Shown: positions 1 to 8,924 of the stretch, in pieces
How the letters are laid out: every line of letters begins with the position of its first letter
Numbering within the stretch: position 1 is the stretch's first letter
Assembly (NCBI GenBank): GCA_021802125.1
Contig: JAKAAX010000006.1
Span: 7,633 to 71,632, forward strand
Length of the DNA stretch: 64,000 bases
Direction: 5' to 3'
From: Thermoplasmata archaeon
GTDB taxonomy: Archaea; Thermoplasmatota; Thermoplasmata; Lutacidiplasmatales; UBA184
Program-made: the position numbers and the translations under genes
The notes under the pieces: generated by a model
Databases searched by the model: none
Told to the model about the DNA's origin: nothing
What the model saw: the letters and a program-made list of their open reading frames with translations, nothing else

Positions 1-220
1 TCTCGTCGACGCTCTTCTTCGCGTCCTCGGTCACGCGGTAGCTGACGCGGATCTCGTCGCGGTTGAAGTTCTCCACGACGATGACGTAGATCCCCTTGTC
101 CATGGCCCCCGCGACGCAGGCGCCGGGCCCGTGGGCGCGGTAGTACTCCGGGAGGTCGGTCCCCCCACCCGCGAACGTGACCCGGAACGGGGTCTTCGTG
201 ACGACGGAGTTGGTCCCCAA
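1..220 (-). CDS. GHMP-family sugar kinase (HddA/COG2605-like), N-terminal part; the gene runs off the left edge
   Basis: Absent from the ORF track because it is open at the window edge. My minus-strand translation reads ..TKTPFRVTFAGGGTDLPEYYRAHGPGACVAGAMDKGIYVIVVENFNRDEIRVSYRVTEDAKKSVDE. The R-x-x-FAGGGTDLP motif is the N-terminal signature of this GHMP kinase subgroup. Start is assumed at TTG 220-218; a TATA-like TCAAATC lies at 263-257. Confidence 0.55.
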   Translation of the reverse strand, partial: MGTNSVVTKTPFRVTFAGGGTDLPEYYRAHGPGACVAGAMDKGIYVIVVENFNRDEIRVSYRVTEDAKKSVDE

Positions 221-370
221 CGACCTGCCACCCGTGAAAGGTGTCAAGATGCGAGAGATTTGAGGGTGGCCGTCGGTCCCGGAAGGGGTCCGGCCCCCCC
301 TTCCGACCCTCCGACCGCAGGGGGCAGCCGGGGACAAGTCTCTTGAACCGTCCCCTTTACAGGCCCGGGC

Positions 371-925
371 TTGAAGCGGGTCCAAGACGACGAGAACGAC
401 GGGTCCAAGGACGAGGAATCGGGCTCCGAGGGGCCCTCCGAGGCCGAGGGCGGTCCGTCCACCGAGAAGCGCGGAAGGGCGGTCGCCGGACCCCCGATGG
501 ACCTCTCCACCCGCCTGCGCCGGGGGCTGCGGACCTACCGGTTCGCGATCTCGATCGCCGTCACCATCGTGGGACTTGCCCTGTTCTTCATCGGGCTCTT
601 CGCTTGGACCCCCCTGGGCTCCCCCAGCGGACCTCTGGCCGGGCTGGAGCAGCCCCTTCTCGGGCCGGACGGGAACACCGGGGCCACCGGGCCCGACTGG
701 ACGCTCGCGATGCTGCCGGGAGGCGGGCTCATGGCCCTCATCGGAGGGTACCTGGTCGGTGTCTACGTCATCGCCCGGCGCCGCTTCGAGCACCTCATGA
801 AGACGAAGAGCAAGGCCGAGTTCCTCCGGAACGTGACCGAGGCCGAGGACCTGCTCTGGGACCTCACGCCCGAGGACGAGATCCGGCTGGTCCGCAAGAA
901 GCTCGAGCTCAAGATCCGCGGTTGA
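371..925 (+). CDS. hypothetical membrane protein (acidic N-tail, two predicted TM helices, charged C-terminal helix)
   Basis: 184-aa ORF with high third-position GC. Hydrophobic runs are FAISIAVTIVGLALFFIGLFAW and GGLMALIGGYLVGVYVIA. The start is uncertain: TTG 371 or ATG 497 (MDLSTRLRRG). TTTACA lies at 356-361. Confidence 0.55.
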   Translation: MKRVQDDENDGSKDEESGSEGPSEAEGGPSTEKRGRAVAGPPMDLSTRLRRGLRTYRFAISIAVTIVGLALFFIGLFAWTPLGSPSGPLAGLEQPLLGPDGNTGATGPDWTLAMLPGGGLMALIGGYLVGVYVIARRRFEHLMKTKSKAEFLRNVTEAEDLLWDLTPEDEIRLVRKKLELKIRG

Positions 926-1016
926 ACGGCGCCGTCGTCCGGGCGCGCGTGCCGCTCCTGGACCGGAGGCTCATCCTCGGAGCGGTTTCAATTAGGCCCT
1001 TCCTCTCGCCCGGGCC

Positions 1017-1913
1017 ATGCCCGACCTCCAGTTCCGCAAGCTCCGGACCCCGGAGGAGTTCCGCATGGCGGAAGAGGTCCAGATCAAAGCGTGGGGGATG
1101 CACGGTGAGCACCCCGTCCCGGCCTCCCTCCAGCGGGCGATCCAGGACAACGGGGGGCTCATCCTCGGGGCATTCCACGACATCCATCTGATCGGGTTCA
1201 CCCTGGGGTTCGTGGCGTGGGATGGCCAGGAGCTCTACCTCTGGTCGCACATGAACGCCGTCCTGCCGGAGTACCAGAACCACAAGGTCGGCTTCCGGCT
1301 GAAGGAGGCCCAGCGGGAGGAGGTCCTGCGGATGGGCCTTCCGAAGATCCGGTGGACCTTCGACCCCCTCGTCGCAAAGAACGGGTACCTCAACGTCCGC
1401 CGTCTCGGCGCCTACCCTGACCGATACATGCACCACTACTACGGCACGATGGACACCGAGCAGACCGGGGGGATCCCCACCGACCGGGTCCGGGTCACGT
1501 GGCTCCTCACTTCTCCGCATGTCGAGGAACGGCTCGGGGGGAAGGTCCCCTCGAAGGACGACGACCTCGCCCGGTTCGGGTCGAGCCAGGTGTTGGTCGA
1601 CACGGAGCTCGGCGAGGCCGGGCTGCGGATCCCCCGCGAGGTGCACGAGCCGGAGGAGGGCCGCTCGTCGGGGGTCCTGGAGGTGCCTTTCGACATGTCC
1701 GCGCTGCGGGAGCACCAGCCGAAGGACCTTCGAGGGTGGCGCCTCGCGACCCGGGAGGCGTTCCGGGCCGCCCACGATCTGGGTTGGGGGGTCGACGACT
1801 TCGCCGTGGTCAGCGTGGAGCACGAGCGGAGGGCCTTCTACTTCCTCGCTCCGCGACCCGCCGAGCCCACGCCTGGGGCCCCGTCCGGGGCCGACGTGAA
1901 CCCTCCTCCCTGA
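1017..1913 (+). CDS. GNAT-fold acyltransferase-like protein (COG3375-type)
   Basis: 298-aa ORF. The segment GFTLGFVAWDG..LYLWSHMNAVLPEYQNHKVGFRLKEAQREEVLRMGL looks like a GNAT core. It lies immediately upstream of, and co-oriented with, the enolase-superfamily racemase/OSBS homolog. Confidence 0.65.
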   Translation: MPDLQFRKLRTPEEFRMAEEVQIKAWGMHGEHPVPASLQRAIQDNGGLILGAFHDIHLIGFTLGFVAWDGQELYLWSHMNAVLPEYQNHKVGFRLKEAQREEVLRMGLPKIRWTFDPLVAKNGYLNVRRLGAYPDRYMHHYYGTMDTEQTGGIPTDRVRVTWLLTSPHVEERLGGKVPSKDDDLARFGSSQVLVDTELGEAGLRIPREVHEPEEGRSSGVLEVPFDMSALREHQPKDLRGWRLATREAFRAAHDLGWGVDDFAVVSVEHERRAFYFLAPRPAEPTPGAPSGADVNPPP

Positions 1914-1950
1914 GCTCATTGCGAACCCCAGGCAAGGAGGTGGAGGTCCT

Positions 1951-3150
1951 TTGGTCCCCCGACCGTCCTCGCGGAAGGGAGGGGGGACCGGCGCGACTCC
2001 CCCGGTGCACCTCCGTCGGGCCGTGCTGGAGGAGCTCGAGATGCCCCTCGTCCGTCCGTTCACGACGAGCTTCGGCACGGAGAAGGCCCGCAGGGTGCTC
2101 CTGCTCTCGCTGGAGGAGGCGCATGGAGAGGTGGGGTGGGCGGAGTGCGTCGCAGGGCGCGACCCGCTCTACTCCTACGAATCCGTGGCCACGGTCCGTG
2201 AGGTGCTCTTCCGCTACCTTCTCCCGGTCCTCGAGCGCTCCGCCGAACGCGCGACCCCCCAGCGCTTCTTGGAAGGTGCGTCGGAGATCCGAGGGCATCC
2301 GATGGCGAAGGCGCTGGTGGAGATGGCGCTCTTCGACCTCGCGGCCCGGCGGGAGGGGGTCCCGCTCCAACGGCTGCTCGCCGGGAAGAGGCCCGTGCGC
2401 GAGCGTGTGGAGGTCGGGGTCTCCGTCGGGATGGCCTCCTCCCCCGCCGAACTTCTCCGGCAGCTCGAGGGGTACTCGGGGGCCGGGTACCGTCGGCTGA
2501 AGCTCAAGGTCGAACCGGGGCGCGACCGGGCCTTCGTCCTCGCCGCTCGACGGGCGTTCCCGGAGAGCCCTCTGTGGATCGACGCCAATCAGGCGTACGG
2601 GGCCCAAGACGTTCCCCGCCTCGTGGGGCTCTGCCGGGACTCCAATGTCCAGGTCGTCGAGCAACCGTTCCCCGAGGACGCGCTGCTCCTCCACGCCCGA
2701 TTGGCCCGGGCCCTGGGCCGGGGAGCGAAGGTGTGCCTCGACGAATCCGTGGGTTCGGTCGAGCGGCTGGACCTGGCGCTCAAAGAGCGCGCCTTCGGGT
2801 GTCTCAACATCAAGCCCGGACGTGTCGGAGGTCTCTCGACCTCCGTCGCGCTCCACGACCGGTGCGAGCGCGCGGCGATCCCGGTGTGGTGCGGGGGGAT
2901 GCTGGAGACCGGCGTGGGGCGAGCGCACAACGTGCACCTCGCGAGCCTTCCGAACTTCCGGCTGCCGGCGGACCTCTCCGCGTCGGACCGGTACTGGACG
3001 GAGGACCTCGTCGACCCGCCCTTCCGTTTGGGACCCGGTAGCACGCTCGTGGTCCCGCGGGGGAGCGGGACCGGAGTGGAGCCGGTCGAGGCCCGGATAC
3101 GTAAGCGAAGGGTCGCTCGGCGCGCTCGTCGCCTCCATCAAAGGATATGA
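1951..3150 (+). CDS. enolase-superfamily enzyme, o-succinylbenzoate synthase / N-acyl(succinyl)amino acid racemase family
   Basis: Catalytic and metal-ligand motifs are in order: KxK (RRLKLKVEPG), WIDANQAY, VEQPF, CLDES, LNIKPGRVGG, CGGMLETG. The true start may be the internal GTG near 2006 (VHLRRAVLEELEMPLV). Confidence 0.85.
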   Translation: MVPRPSSRKGGGTGATPPVHLRRAVLEELEMPLVRPFTTSFGTEKARRVLLLSLEEAHGEVGWAECVAGRDPLYSYESVATVREVLFRYLLPVLERSAERATPQRFLEGASEIRGHPMAKALVEMALFDLAARREGVPLQRLLAGKRPVRERVEVGVSVGMASSPAELLRQLEGYSGAGYRRLKLKVEPGRDRAFVLAARRAFPESPLWIDANQAYGAQDVPRLVGLCRDSNVQVVEQPFPEDALLLHARLARALGRGAKVCLDESVGSVERLDLALKERAFGCLNIKPGRVGGLSTSVALHDRCERAAIPVWCGGMLETGVGRAHNVHLASLPNFRLPADLSASDRYWTEDLVDPPFRLGPGSTLVVPRGSGTGVEPVEARIRKRRVARRARRLHQRI

Positions 3151-4232
3151 CCGCCCCCCCGCCTCGCTCCGGCATGGTCCGGCGCCCCGTCAGGCCGAGA
3201 TCGTCCCGCGGCGTCGCGGGCGCGTCCCCGAGCCGAGGGGGAGACCTCTTCGACCGAGGGTCCCTGGTCGTGATGTTCGTCTTCCTGTTCGCGATCGGCC
3301 TCGGGGCGACGGCTGGGCTCCTCGGCGGATTCCAGACCCTTGCCCCTCCCACGACGTTCAACGGCGCGCGGCCCGCGACCCTTGTCGTCGTCGCGGCGGT
3401 CCTGGCCGTGTCCATCCCGGCCTGCATCGGCCTCGTCTGGGTATTGCGCAACCGCAACGGGCAGGCCATCTTCTCTCAGGGAGCCGCGGTCACGCTCCTG
3501 GCGTTGGTGATCGTCCTGCTGGTGGCGGCGGGCCTGATGGCCCTCGGATCGATGCTCGATTATCACCGGGTGACGGGCTACGTCCCCGGAGGCAACTCTA
3601 CGGCGGCCGGGGGGAACACCACGACCGGCAACTCTTCCGTGCCCAACGGGAACTCCACGAACACGACCGCGGCGAAGGGCCCTCCCCCTCCCCTCAGCGG
3701 TCTGCTCAATTCTCCCTACGCTCCGATACTTCTGCCCCTGACCATCGGGATCATCCTCTCCCTGGTCCTGGTCCCTCTCATCACCTACGCCCTGCGACGG
3801 GGCCGGACGCCGGCTCCACCTGCGGAGACCGGGCCCACCGAGCTGGTGCAACACCTCGAACAGGCGGTCGCTTCGCTCGAGATGGGGGACCTGAGCGAGG
3901 CCCGAGCGAAGATCGTGTCCGCCTACGGAGCGTTGCTCCGCGACCTTGAGACCCGGGGGGTCGGAGACCTCGACCTGCTCACCCCCCGCGAGATCGAGCT
4001 GCTGATGGAGAGCCGCTTGGGCCTCTCCTCGCCCTCCGCGCACAGCCTCCGCGAGCTCTTCGAGGAGGCCCGTTACAGCGAGCACGCGATGTCCGAGGCG
4101 CAGGCCTCAGCGGCCCGCGCCTCCCTGGTCGAGATCCTGGACCAGTTGAAGGCCCGTCTCCCCTCCGCGGGGGCGGCGGAGACGACCGGTCCGGGGACGG
4201 ACGTCGAGGCGGGAGAGGTGGGAGCGCGTTGA
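3147..4232 (+). CDS. polytopic membrane protein with C-terminal DUF4129-like domain
   Basis: Its ATG overlaps the racemase stop (ATGA). It has 4-5 hydrophobic helices and an N/T/S-rich loop (NSTAAGGNTTTGNSSVPNGNSTNTT). The C-terminal LLTPREIELL....LRELFEEARYSEH pattern is typical of DUF4129 proteins found beside MoxR/DUF58. Confidence 0.7.
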   Translation: MTAPPPRSGMVRRPVRPRSSRGVAGASPSRGGDLFDRGSLVVMFVFLFAIGLGATAGLLGGFQTLAPPTTFNGARPATLVVVAAVLAVSIPACIGLVWVLRNRNGQAIFSQGAAVTLLALVIVLLVAAGLMALGSMLDYHRVTGYVPGGNSTAAGGNTTTGNSSVPNGNSTNTTAAKGPPPPLSGLLNSPYAPILLPLTIGIILSLVLVPLITYALRRGRTPAPPAETGPTELVQHLEQAVASLEMGDLSEARAKIVSAYGALLRDLETRGVGDLDLLTPREIELLMESRLGLSSPSAHSLRELFEEARYSEHAMSEAQASAARASLVEILDQLKARLPSAGAAETTGPGTDVEAGEVGAR

Positions 4233-4642
4233 GCCGGACCGAGGTCTACGCCCGCCGGTCGATCCTGGCGATCGGGATCCTCTTCGCCGTGCTCGCCTCC
4301 CTCGAGGTCGACAACACGTCGATGTCTCTGGAGTTCGGCGCCACCGCCGCCGCCTTTTTGACCCTCGCCGGGCTGCTCGCCCTCGCGGTCCGAATGCCCT
4401 CCCTCCCGCCTCTCATCCTCCCCCAAACCTCTCTCTGGCAGACGCGGGTCAGGCAGGCGCGAGACGGGGATGGGCTCGCCCGTCTCCACATCCTGGAGGC
4501 CCTGGAGTCCGCCGCGACGGCGGGGGGCCTGGTCGACGAGCACCACTTGCTCGACCGGCGCGAGGAGGTCCTGGGGTTGCCCCGAAAGGAGTTCGAAGAG
4601 CTGCTCACCCGCGAGGTCCAACGGATCGAGGCACGGGTGTGA
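4229..4642 (+). CDS. small hypothetical membrane protein (MoxR-operon member)
   Basis: Its TTG start overlaps the upstream stop by 4 nt. Two hydrophobic helices are SILAIGILFAVLASL and [15 protein letters not shown]. It ends 10 nt before the MoxR start. Confidence 0.5.
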   Translation: MSRTEVYARRSILAIGILFAVLASLEVDNTSMSLEFGATAAAFLTLAGLLALAVRMPSLPPLILPQTSLWQTRVRQARDGDGLARLHILEALESAATAGGLVDEHHLLDRREEVLGLPRKEFEELLTREVQRIEARV

Positions 4643-4652
4643 GAGGAACCCT

Positions 4653-5603
4653 ATGAACGGTGGAAGCTCGAAGGCGCGGCTAGAACAGGTCATCGCGGGC
4701 GTGGGCCAGGTCGTCGTCGGAAAGCAGGAGGCCCTTCGGACGCTCTTGGTCGGTCTGCTCGCCGACGGGCACATCCTTCTGGAGGACCTGCCCGGCCTGG
4801 GCAAGACCCTCATCGCCAAGTCCTTCTCCTCGGCGCTGGGACTCGCCTTCACCCGGGTCCAGTTCACGGCGGACCTGCTCCCCACCGACATCACCGGCGG
4901 GGAGATCTACGATCCCTCCTCCGGGAAGTTCTCGTTCCGGAAGGGACCGGTCTTCACCCACATCCTCCTCGCAGACGAGATCAACCGCGCCCCGCCCAAG
5001 GTCCAGTCGGCCCTGCTGGAGTCGATGCAGGAGTACCAGGTGACCTCCGAAGGGACGACGTACCCCCTGGAGCGGCCGTTCCTGGTCATGGCGACGCAGA
5101 ACCCGATCGAGCTCGAGGGGACCTATCCGCTTCCGGAGGCCCAGGTGGACCGCTTCCTTCTGCGCCTCACCGTCGGCTATCCCACGGCCGGGGAGGAGCG
5201 GGCGATCCTCGCTCGCAGGCGCCTGGCGAAGACCGAGCTCCAGCCTCCGCCGGCCGTCCTCGCTCCCGGGGAGTTCCGAGGGCTCCAGACGGCGGTGGAG
5301 AACGTCTCCATCACCCCCGCGCTCGAAGGGTACATCGTCGATCTGGTCTCCGCCACCCGGGCCGACCCGAGGGTCGAGGTGGGGGCGTCGCCCCGCGGCT
5401 CGCTCGCGCTCGCGAAGCTCTCCCGAGCGAAGGCGCTCCTGGAGGGGAGGGACTTCGTGCTCCCGGACGACGTGAAGTCGCTCGCCCTCCCCGCGCTCGC
5501 CCATCGCATCGTGATCAAGCCCGAACCGTGGATCCGCGGTCTGCGCGGGACGACGGTGGTCAGCGAGGTCATCCGGAAGGTCCCGGTCCCGAAGGTGGGC
5601 TGA
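4653..5603 (+). CDS. MoxR-family AAA+ ATPase
   Basis: Walker A is LEDLPGLGKTL and Walker B is HILLADEINRAPPKVQSALLE. The segments MATQNPIELEGTYPLPEAQVDRF and GASPRG are also present. The start is taken at ATG 4653 (MNGGSSKARLEQV), in frame inside track ORF 4470..5603. Confidence 0.92.
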   Translation: MNGGSSKARLEQVIAGVGQVVVGKQEALRTLLVGLLADGHILLEDLPGLGKTLIAKSFSSALGLAFTRVQFTADLLPTDITGGEIYDPSSGKFSFRKGPVFTHILLADEINRAPPKVQSALLESMQEYQVTSEGTTYPLERPFLVMATQNPIELEGTYPLPEAQVDRFLLRLTVGYPTAGEERAILARRRLAKTELQPPPAVLAPGEFRGLQTAVENVSITPALEGYIVDLVSATRADPRVEVGASPRGSLALAKLSRAKALLEGRDFVLPDDVKSLALPALAHRIVIKPEPWIRGLRGTTVVSEVIRKVPVPKVG

Positions 5604-5643
5604 CCTCCTCTCGACGCGCGGACCACGGGCGGGAGAGGGACGG

Positions 5644-6969
5644 ATGACCGAGCCGGAGACCTTTCTCCCGGCCTCCCCTCGCGCCTCGTGGAGGGCACGG
5701 GCGCTGCTCCTGTTCGGCCTCGGCGGCACGGCGCTCGTCGCGGGGCTCGTCCTGCGCTCCTCCGCCGGCGTGATGCTCGCGGCGCCGCTCCTGCTCGCCC
5801 CGGCCTCGTCCTTCCTGCTCGCGCCGAGGACCGCGACCCGGGTCGTGGTCCGTGGCGAGCTCTCGGAGAAGGGCGACGACCTGGAGATGGCCATGACCTT
5901 CGAGGCCTCCCCTCCGCTCCCGGGAGGATGGATCGACGTGGAGATCGAGCCCCCCGAGGGGGTCCTCCCGGTGGAGGGGGTCTCGCGCCGGGTCGTGGTC
6001 CGACCGGGCGAGCCGCTCTCCGCCACCTTCCGCATGCGGCCGTTCCGCCCGCTCTTCGTGCGGCTCACGACGCCGAAGGTCCGGTGGAGGGACCCTCTCG
6101 GTCTCTCGGAGATCCTGCTGCCCGCCCGGGGCGAAGGCCTCTCGCTCGAGCGCTACCCCCCGGAGGTGCGGCGCGTCCCCCGGCTCGCGATCCAGCGCAC
6201 GACCCCGTTGCCGGGCGAGGTGCGCTCCCGCCGCCGGGCCATCCAGGGGGACTTCGTCTCGATCCGCGACTACCAACCCGGCGACCCGCCCCGGCAGCTC
6301 AACTGGTGGGCCTCGGCCCGGAGGGGGAAGCTGGCCTCCAACGAGTTCCACGCCGAGCGCAGCGGCGAGATGATCATCTGCGTCGACGCCCGCCCGAGCG
6401 GGCTTCCCGGCGGGGACGATGCGCAGCTCCTGGGGGTCTCCCGGGCCGCGGCGCTCGGGCTCGCTCGGTACCTGCTGAAGGAGAAGACCCGGGTCGGGCT
6501 GGTGATCTTCGGTGAGTTCGTCAAGATCACCCGGCTGGGCGGGGGCCGCGTCCAGCGCTTCGCGATCGAACAGGCGCTGCAGGACGCGCGGCTCTCGGAC
6601 GTGGCCGCCCCGGTCGAGCGGCTTTCGGTCTCGCTCCAGCGGCACTTCCCGATGGGAACGCCCGTGCTCCTGCTCACGCCGATGATCGACGACGAGACCG
6701 TGGCCTCCGGCTACTTCCTCCGGAGACGGGGCTACCCCTGCATGTTGCTCTGCCCATCCCCCACGACGCTCGAGGCCGAGCGCATGGAGCTCAAGGCCTC
6801 GGACGCGGACATCACCCTGCGGTTGGTCCGTCTCCTCCGACGCCGCCGGCTCGCCGAGGCTTGGGAGAGCGCACCGGTCGTCGAGTGGGAGGACTTCACG
6901 AGCCTCGCCTCGCTCGTCGCCTTCCTGCGACGCCCTCCGGCCACGATGCTCCAGGGAGGTGTGGGGTGA
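5644..6969 (+). CDS. DUF58 domain protein (vWA-like partner of MoxR)
   Basis: Two N-terminal TM helices are followed by the hallmark FVSIRDYQPGDPPRQLNWWASARRGKLASNEF and VCVDARPS. Confidence 0.85.
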   Translation: MTEPETFLPASPRASWRARALLLFGLGGTALVAGLVLRSSAGVMLAAPLLLAPASSFLLAPRTATRVVVRGELSEKGDDLEMAMTFEASPPLPGGWIDVEIEPPEGVLPVEGVSRRVVVRPGEPLSATFRMRPFRPLFVRLTTPKVRWRDPLGLSEILLPARGEGLSLERYPPEVRRVPRLAIQRTTPLPGEVRSRRRAIQGDFVSIRDYQPGDPPRQLNWWASARRGKLASNEFHAERSGEMIICVDARPSGLPGGDDAQLLGVSRAAALGLARYLLKEKTRVGLVIFGEFVKITRLGGGRVQRFAIEQALQDARLSDVAAPVERLSVSLQRHFPMGTPVLLLTPMIDDETVASGYFLRRRGYPCMLLCPSPTTLEAERMELKASDADITLRLVRLLRRRRLAEAWESAPVVEWEDFTSLASLVAFLRRPPATMLQGGVG

Positions 6970-7586
6970 GCCTCGAGGACGGTGCGCTCTCCCCGAGCGA
7001 CCCGGTCGCGGACGTGATCTCCTACCAGGAGATCGCCCGCAGGCAGGCGCATCCGCCGCTGGTCCGCCGGGCCGGGATTTCCTCTTTGGAACTGCTGGCG
7101 ACGCTCGCGCCCTTCCTTCCCTTCCCCCTCTGGGTCCTCGGCGGCGGCGTCCGGTGGATCGAGCTTCCGCTCCTGATCGCTCTGCTCGTCGCGGCGGGGT
7201 CGGGGATGCTGATCCGAAGGCTCCCGTCCCCCCTGCCGTCCGTCGGAGCCCTCCCTGCCGCCACCGTCTGGGTCGTCGCGGTCCTCCTCCTGCCCGGAGG
7301 GGTCCTCGCCCTGGTCTGTGCAATGCTCGCAGGGATCGCGCTCGTGCTCTACGCTGCGCTCCCGGCTCCAGGGGAGCTGGCTCCTCCGGCGGTCGCGGTG
7401 CTCTCCCAGGCGATGGTCCCGATCCTCGGAGGGGGGCTCTCCCTCCTCGTGGCGATCTCGCTCTTGGGGGTCGCCGCTCCCCTGTACGCGGTGGTGCTCG
7501 TGCCCACCCTGGGAGCGTTGGCGCTCGCTGTCCATCTCTTCAGCAAGGAGGAAGGGGTAGGGGGAGGACAGGAACGTCCGGCGTAG
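6966..7586 (+). CDS. hypothetical polytopic membrane protein (last gene of the MoxR operon)
   Basis: GTG 6966 overlaps the DUF58 stop (GTGA). About 5 hydrophobic helices are present (LLIALLVAAGSGML, VWVVAVLLLPGGVLALV, and others). The track ORF 6861..7586 is in the same frame but starts upstream inside DUF58. Confidence 0.55.
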   Translation: MSLEDGALSPSDPVADVISYQEIARRQAHPPLVRRAGISSLELLATLAPFLPFPLWVLGGGVRWIELPLLIALLVAAGSGMLIRRLPSPLPSVGALPAATVWVVAVLLLPGGVLALVCAMLAGIALVLYAALPAPGELAPPAVAVLSQAMVPILGGGLSLLVAISLLGVAAPLYAVVLVPTLGALALAVHLFSKEEGVGGGQERPA

Positions 7587-7854
7587 GGAGCCCCGGAGGG
7601 GGCCAGCGCCTCGGGGGGAGGGTTCAAGTCCCCGAGGGAGGTCCCGGACCCCGTGCCCCCGAGAGGGGGCACCAGGGCGCCGTCGAAGGGTCCCTCCTGA
7701 CCACCCTGCGGACGGGTCGTCCGCACGGGATGAAGAGAGGACAACCCCGGTGTCCGACAGCCCCGGCCGGGTCAGGACGCGGAGAGGGCCGAAGAGCCCA
7801 CCGTGAGGCGGTCCGTTACGGCCGGGGGACACAGAGGACCGCCGGGGAGGCGAG

Positions 7855-8544
7855 GTGACGCGGTACGACACGGCCGCTCAGGCCCGTCTGCGGACGGGGT
7901 CCCGACGATTGAACCTCGTCCTTGCGGCCATCCTGATCGCGGGCGCCACCTATCTCCTCGCGAGCTACATCGTGCTCTCGCTGTCGCCCTACCCTCCGCT
8001 CAACGCCTTCGAGCTCGTGCTCGCGATCCTCGTCTACTGCCTGGCGGCGATCCCGCTGAGCCAGGCCTTCATCCGTCGCCCTCACCCCGAGTCGGTGGAG
8101 GTCCGGGAGGAGGGGCTCTTCCTCCGGTTCGCGAAGCGGCCTCCGGTCCGAATCGCGTGGGAGGACCGGCCGGTCACTCTCGCCTACGACGACCGGGAGT
8201 TGCGGGGTATCCACCGCCGACCGGAGGGGATGGAGGTCGCGGTCTACATCCCGCTGCCCGGGAGGGACCAGGGCTCTCCGGCCTTCCGCCCCATGGAGAT
8301 CGAGGTGAGCGGCGACGCGTTCGACGAGATCGCGAAGCGGATGAAGCAGGCCGGGTTCCGGACCTTCTCGGAGCGCTGGAGCCGCCGCCGCCCCGGCCAG
8401 ATGGTCGAGTTCCTCACCCCCAAGGAGCTCCAAGATCGTCAGGAGCGCCGGGAGCTCGCCTCCGCGCTCGACGAACCCCGTCGCCGCTCCCGCGCCTCTT
8501 CGGGGTCCCGGACCCGCCCCTCGCGAGAGGACCGCAGCAAGTGA
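7855..8544 (+). CDS. hypothetical membrane protein, two TM helices followed by a bacterial-PH-like (DUF304-type) soluble domain
   Basis: 229-aa ORF with an SD-like GGAGGCGAG before the GTG start. TM helices are LNLVLAAILIAGATYLLASYIV and LVLAILVYCLAAIPL. They are followed by VEVREEGLFLRFAKRPPVRIAWEDRPV. Confidence 0.5.
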   Translation: MTRYDTAAQARLRTGSRRLNLVLAAILIAGATYLLASYIVLSLSPYPPLNAFELVLAILVYCLAAIPLSQAFIRRPHPESVEVREEGLFLRFAKRPPVRIAWEDRPVTLAYDDRELRGIHRRPEGMEVAVYIPLPGRDQGSPAFRPMEIEVSGDAFDEIAKRMKQAGFRTFSERWSRRRPGQMVEFLTPKELQDRQERRELASALDEPRRRSRASSGSRTRPSREDRSK

Positions 8545-8627
8545 CCCGGACCGGGGGTCGCCCGCCCCGCGCGGTTTCGCTCCAGCCTCAGGTCTTATCT
8601 GCCCCCTTCCCTCCGACAAGTGGACCG

Positions 8628-8924
8628 ATGAGCTGCGAAGAGAGCCATCACCCGCCCCCCCAGGCGGTCGCAAGCTTCTCGACGGGGGGACACCCGACCG
8701 GTTCGGAGATCGTCGTCGGGGGCTTCCTGATGTTCCTCGGGCTCGCGCTCTTCTACACCTGGATCGCGACGTTCCAAGCCATCTGGGCCATCGGGGTCCT
8801 TCCCTTCGCCCTCGGGGGGATCCTCATCTTCCACGCGGACCCGATAATGGAGTCGCTGCGCAAGTGGCGCTCACCCGAGGCCGCTAAGGCTCCCTCCAGG
8901 TCGGCCAGCGACCCCGCCCACTGA
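8628..8924 (+). CDS. small hypothetical membrane protein
   Basis: ATG 8628 lies in frame within track ORF 7803..8924. Two hydrophobic helices are IVVGGFLMFLGLALFYTWIA and AIGVLPFALGGILIF. Confidence 0.4.
   Translation: MSCEESHHPPPQAVASFSTGGHPTGSEIVVGGFLMFLGLALFYTWIATFQAIWAIGVLPFALGGILIFHADPIMESLRKWRSPEAAKAPSRSASDPAH

Noticed and set aside
7609-7637. GGTTCAAGTCC, a tRNA T-arm-like sequence suggesting a tRNA gene.
   Set aside because: Only 3 bp of a T-stem can form around the TTCAAGT loop. No acceptor, D or anticodon arms could be built on either strand. It is kept only as part of the structured-spacer observation.
7587-7854. Possible SRP (7S) RNA, given the size of about 270 nt and a GUCAGGACGCGGAGAGGGCCGAAG segment.
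   Set aside because: It does not match the conserved helix-8/helix-5 motifs (GUCAGGUCCGGAAGGAAGCAGC-type) closely enough. No end-to-end helix 5 pairing was found.
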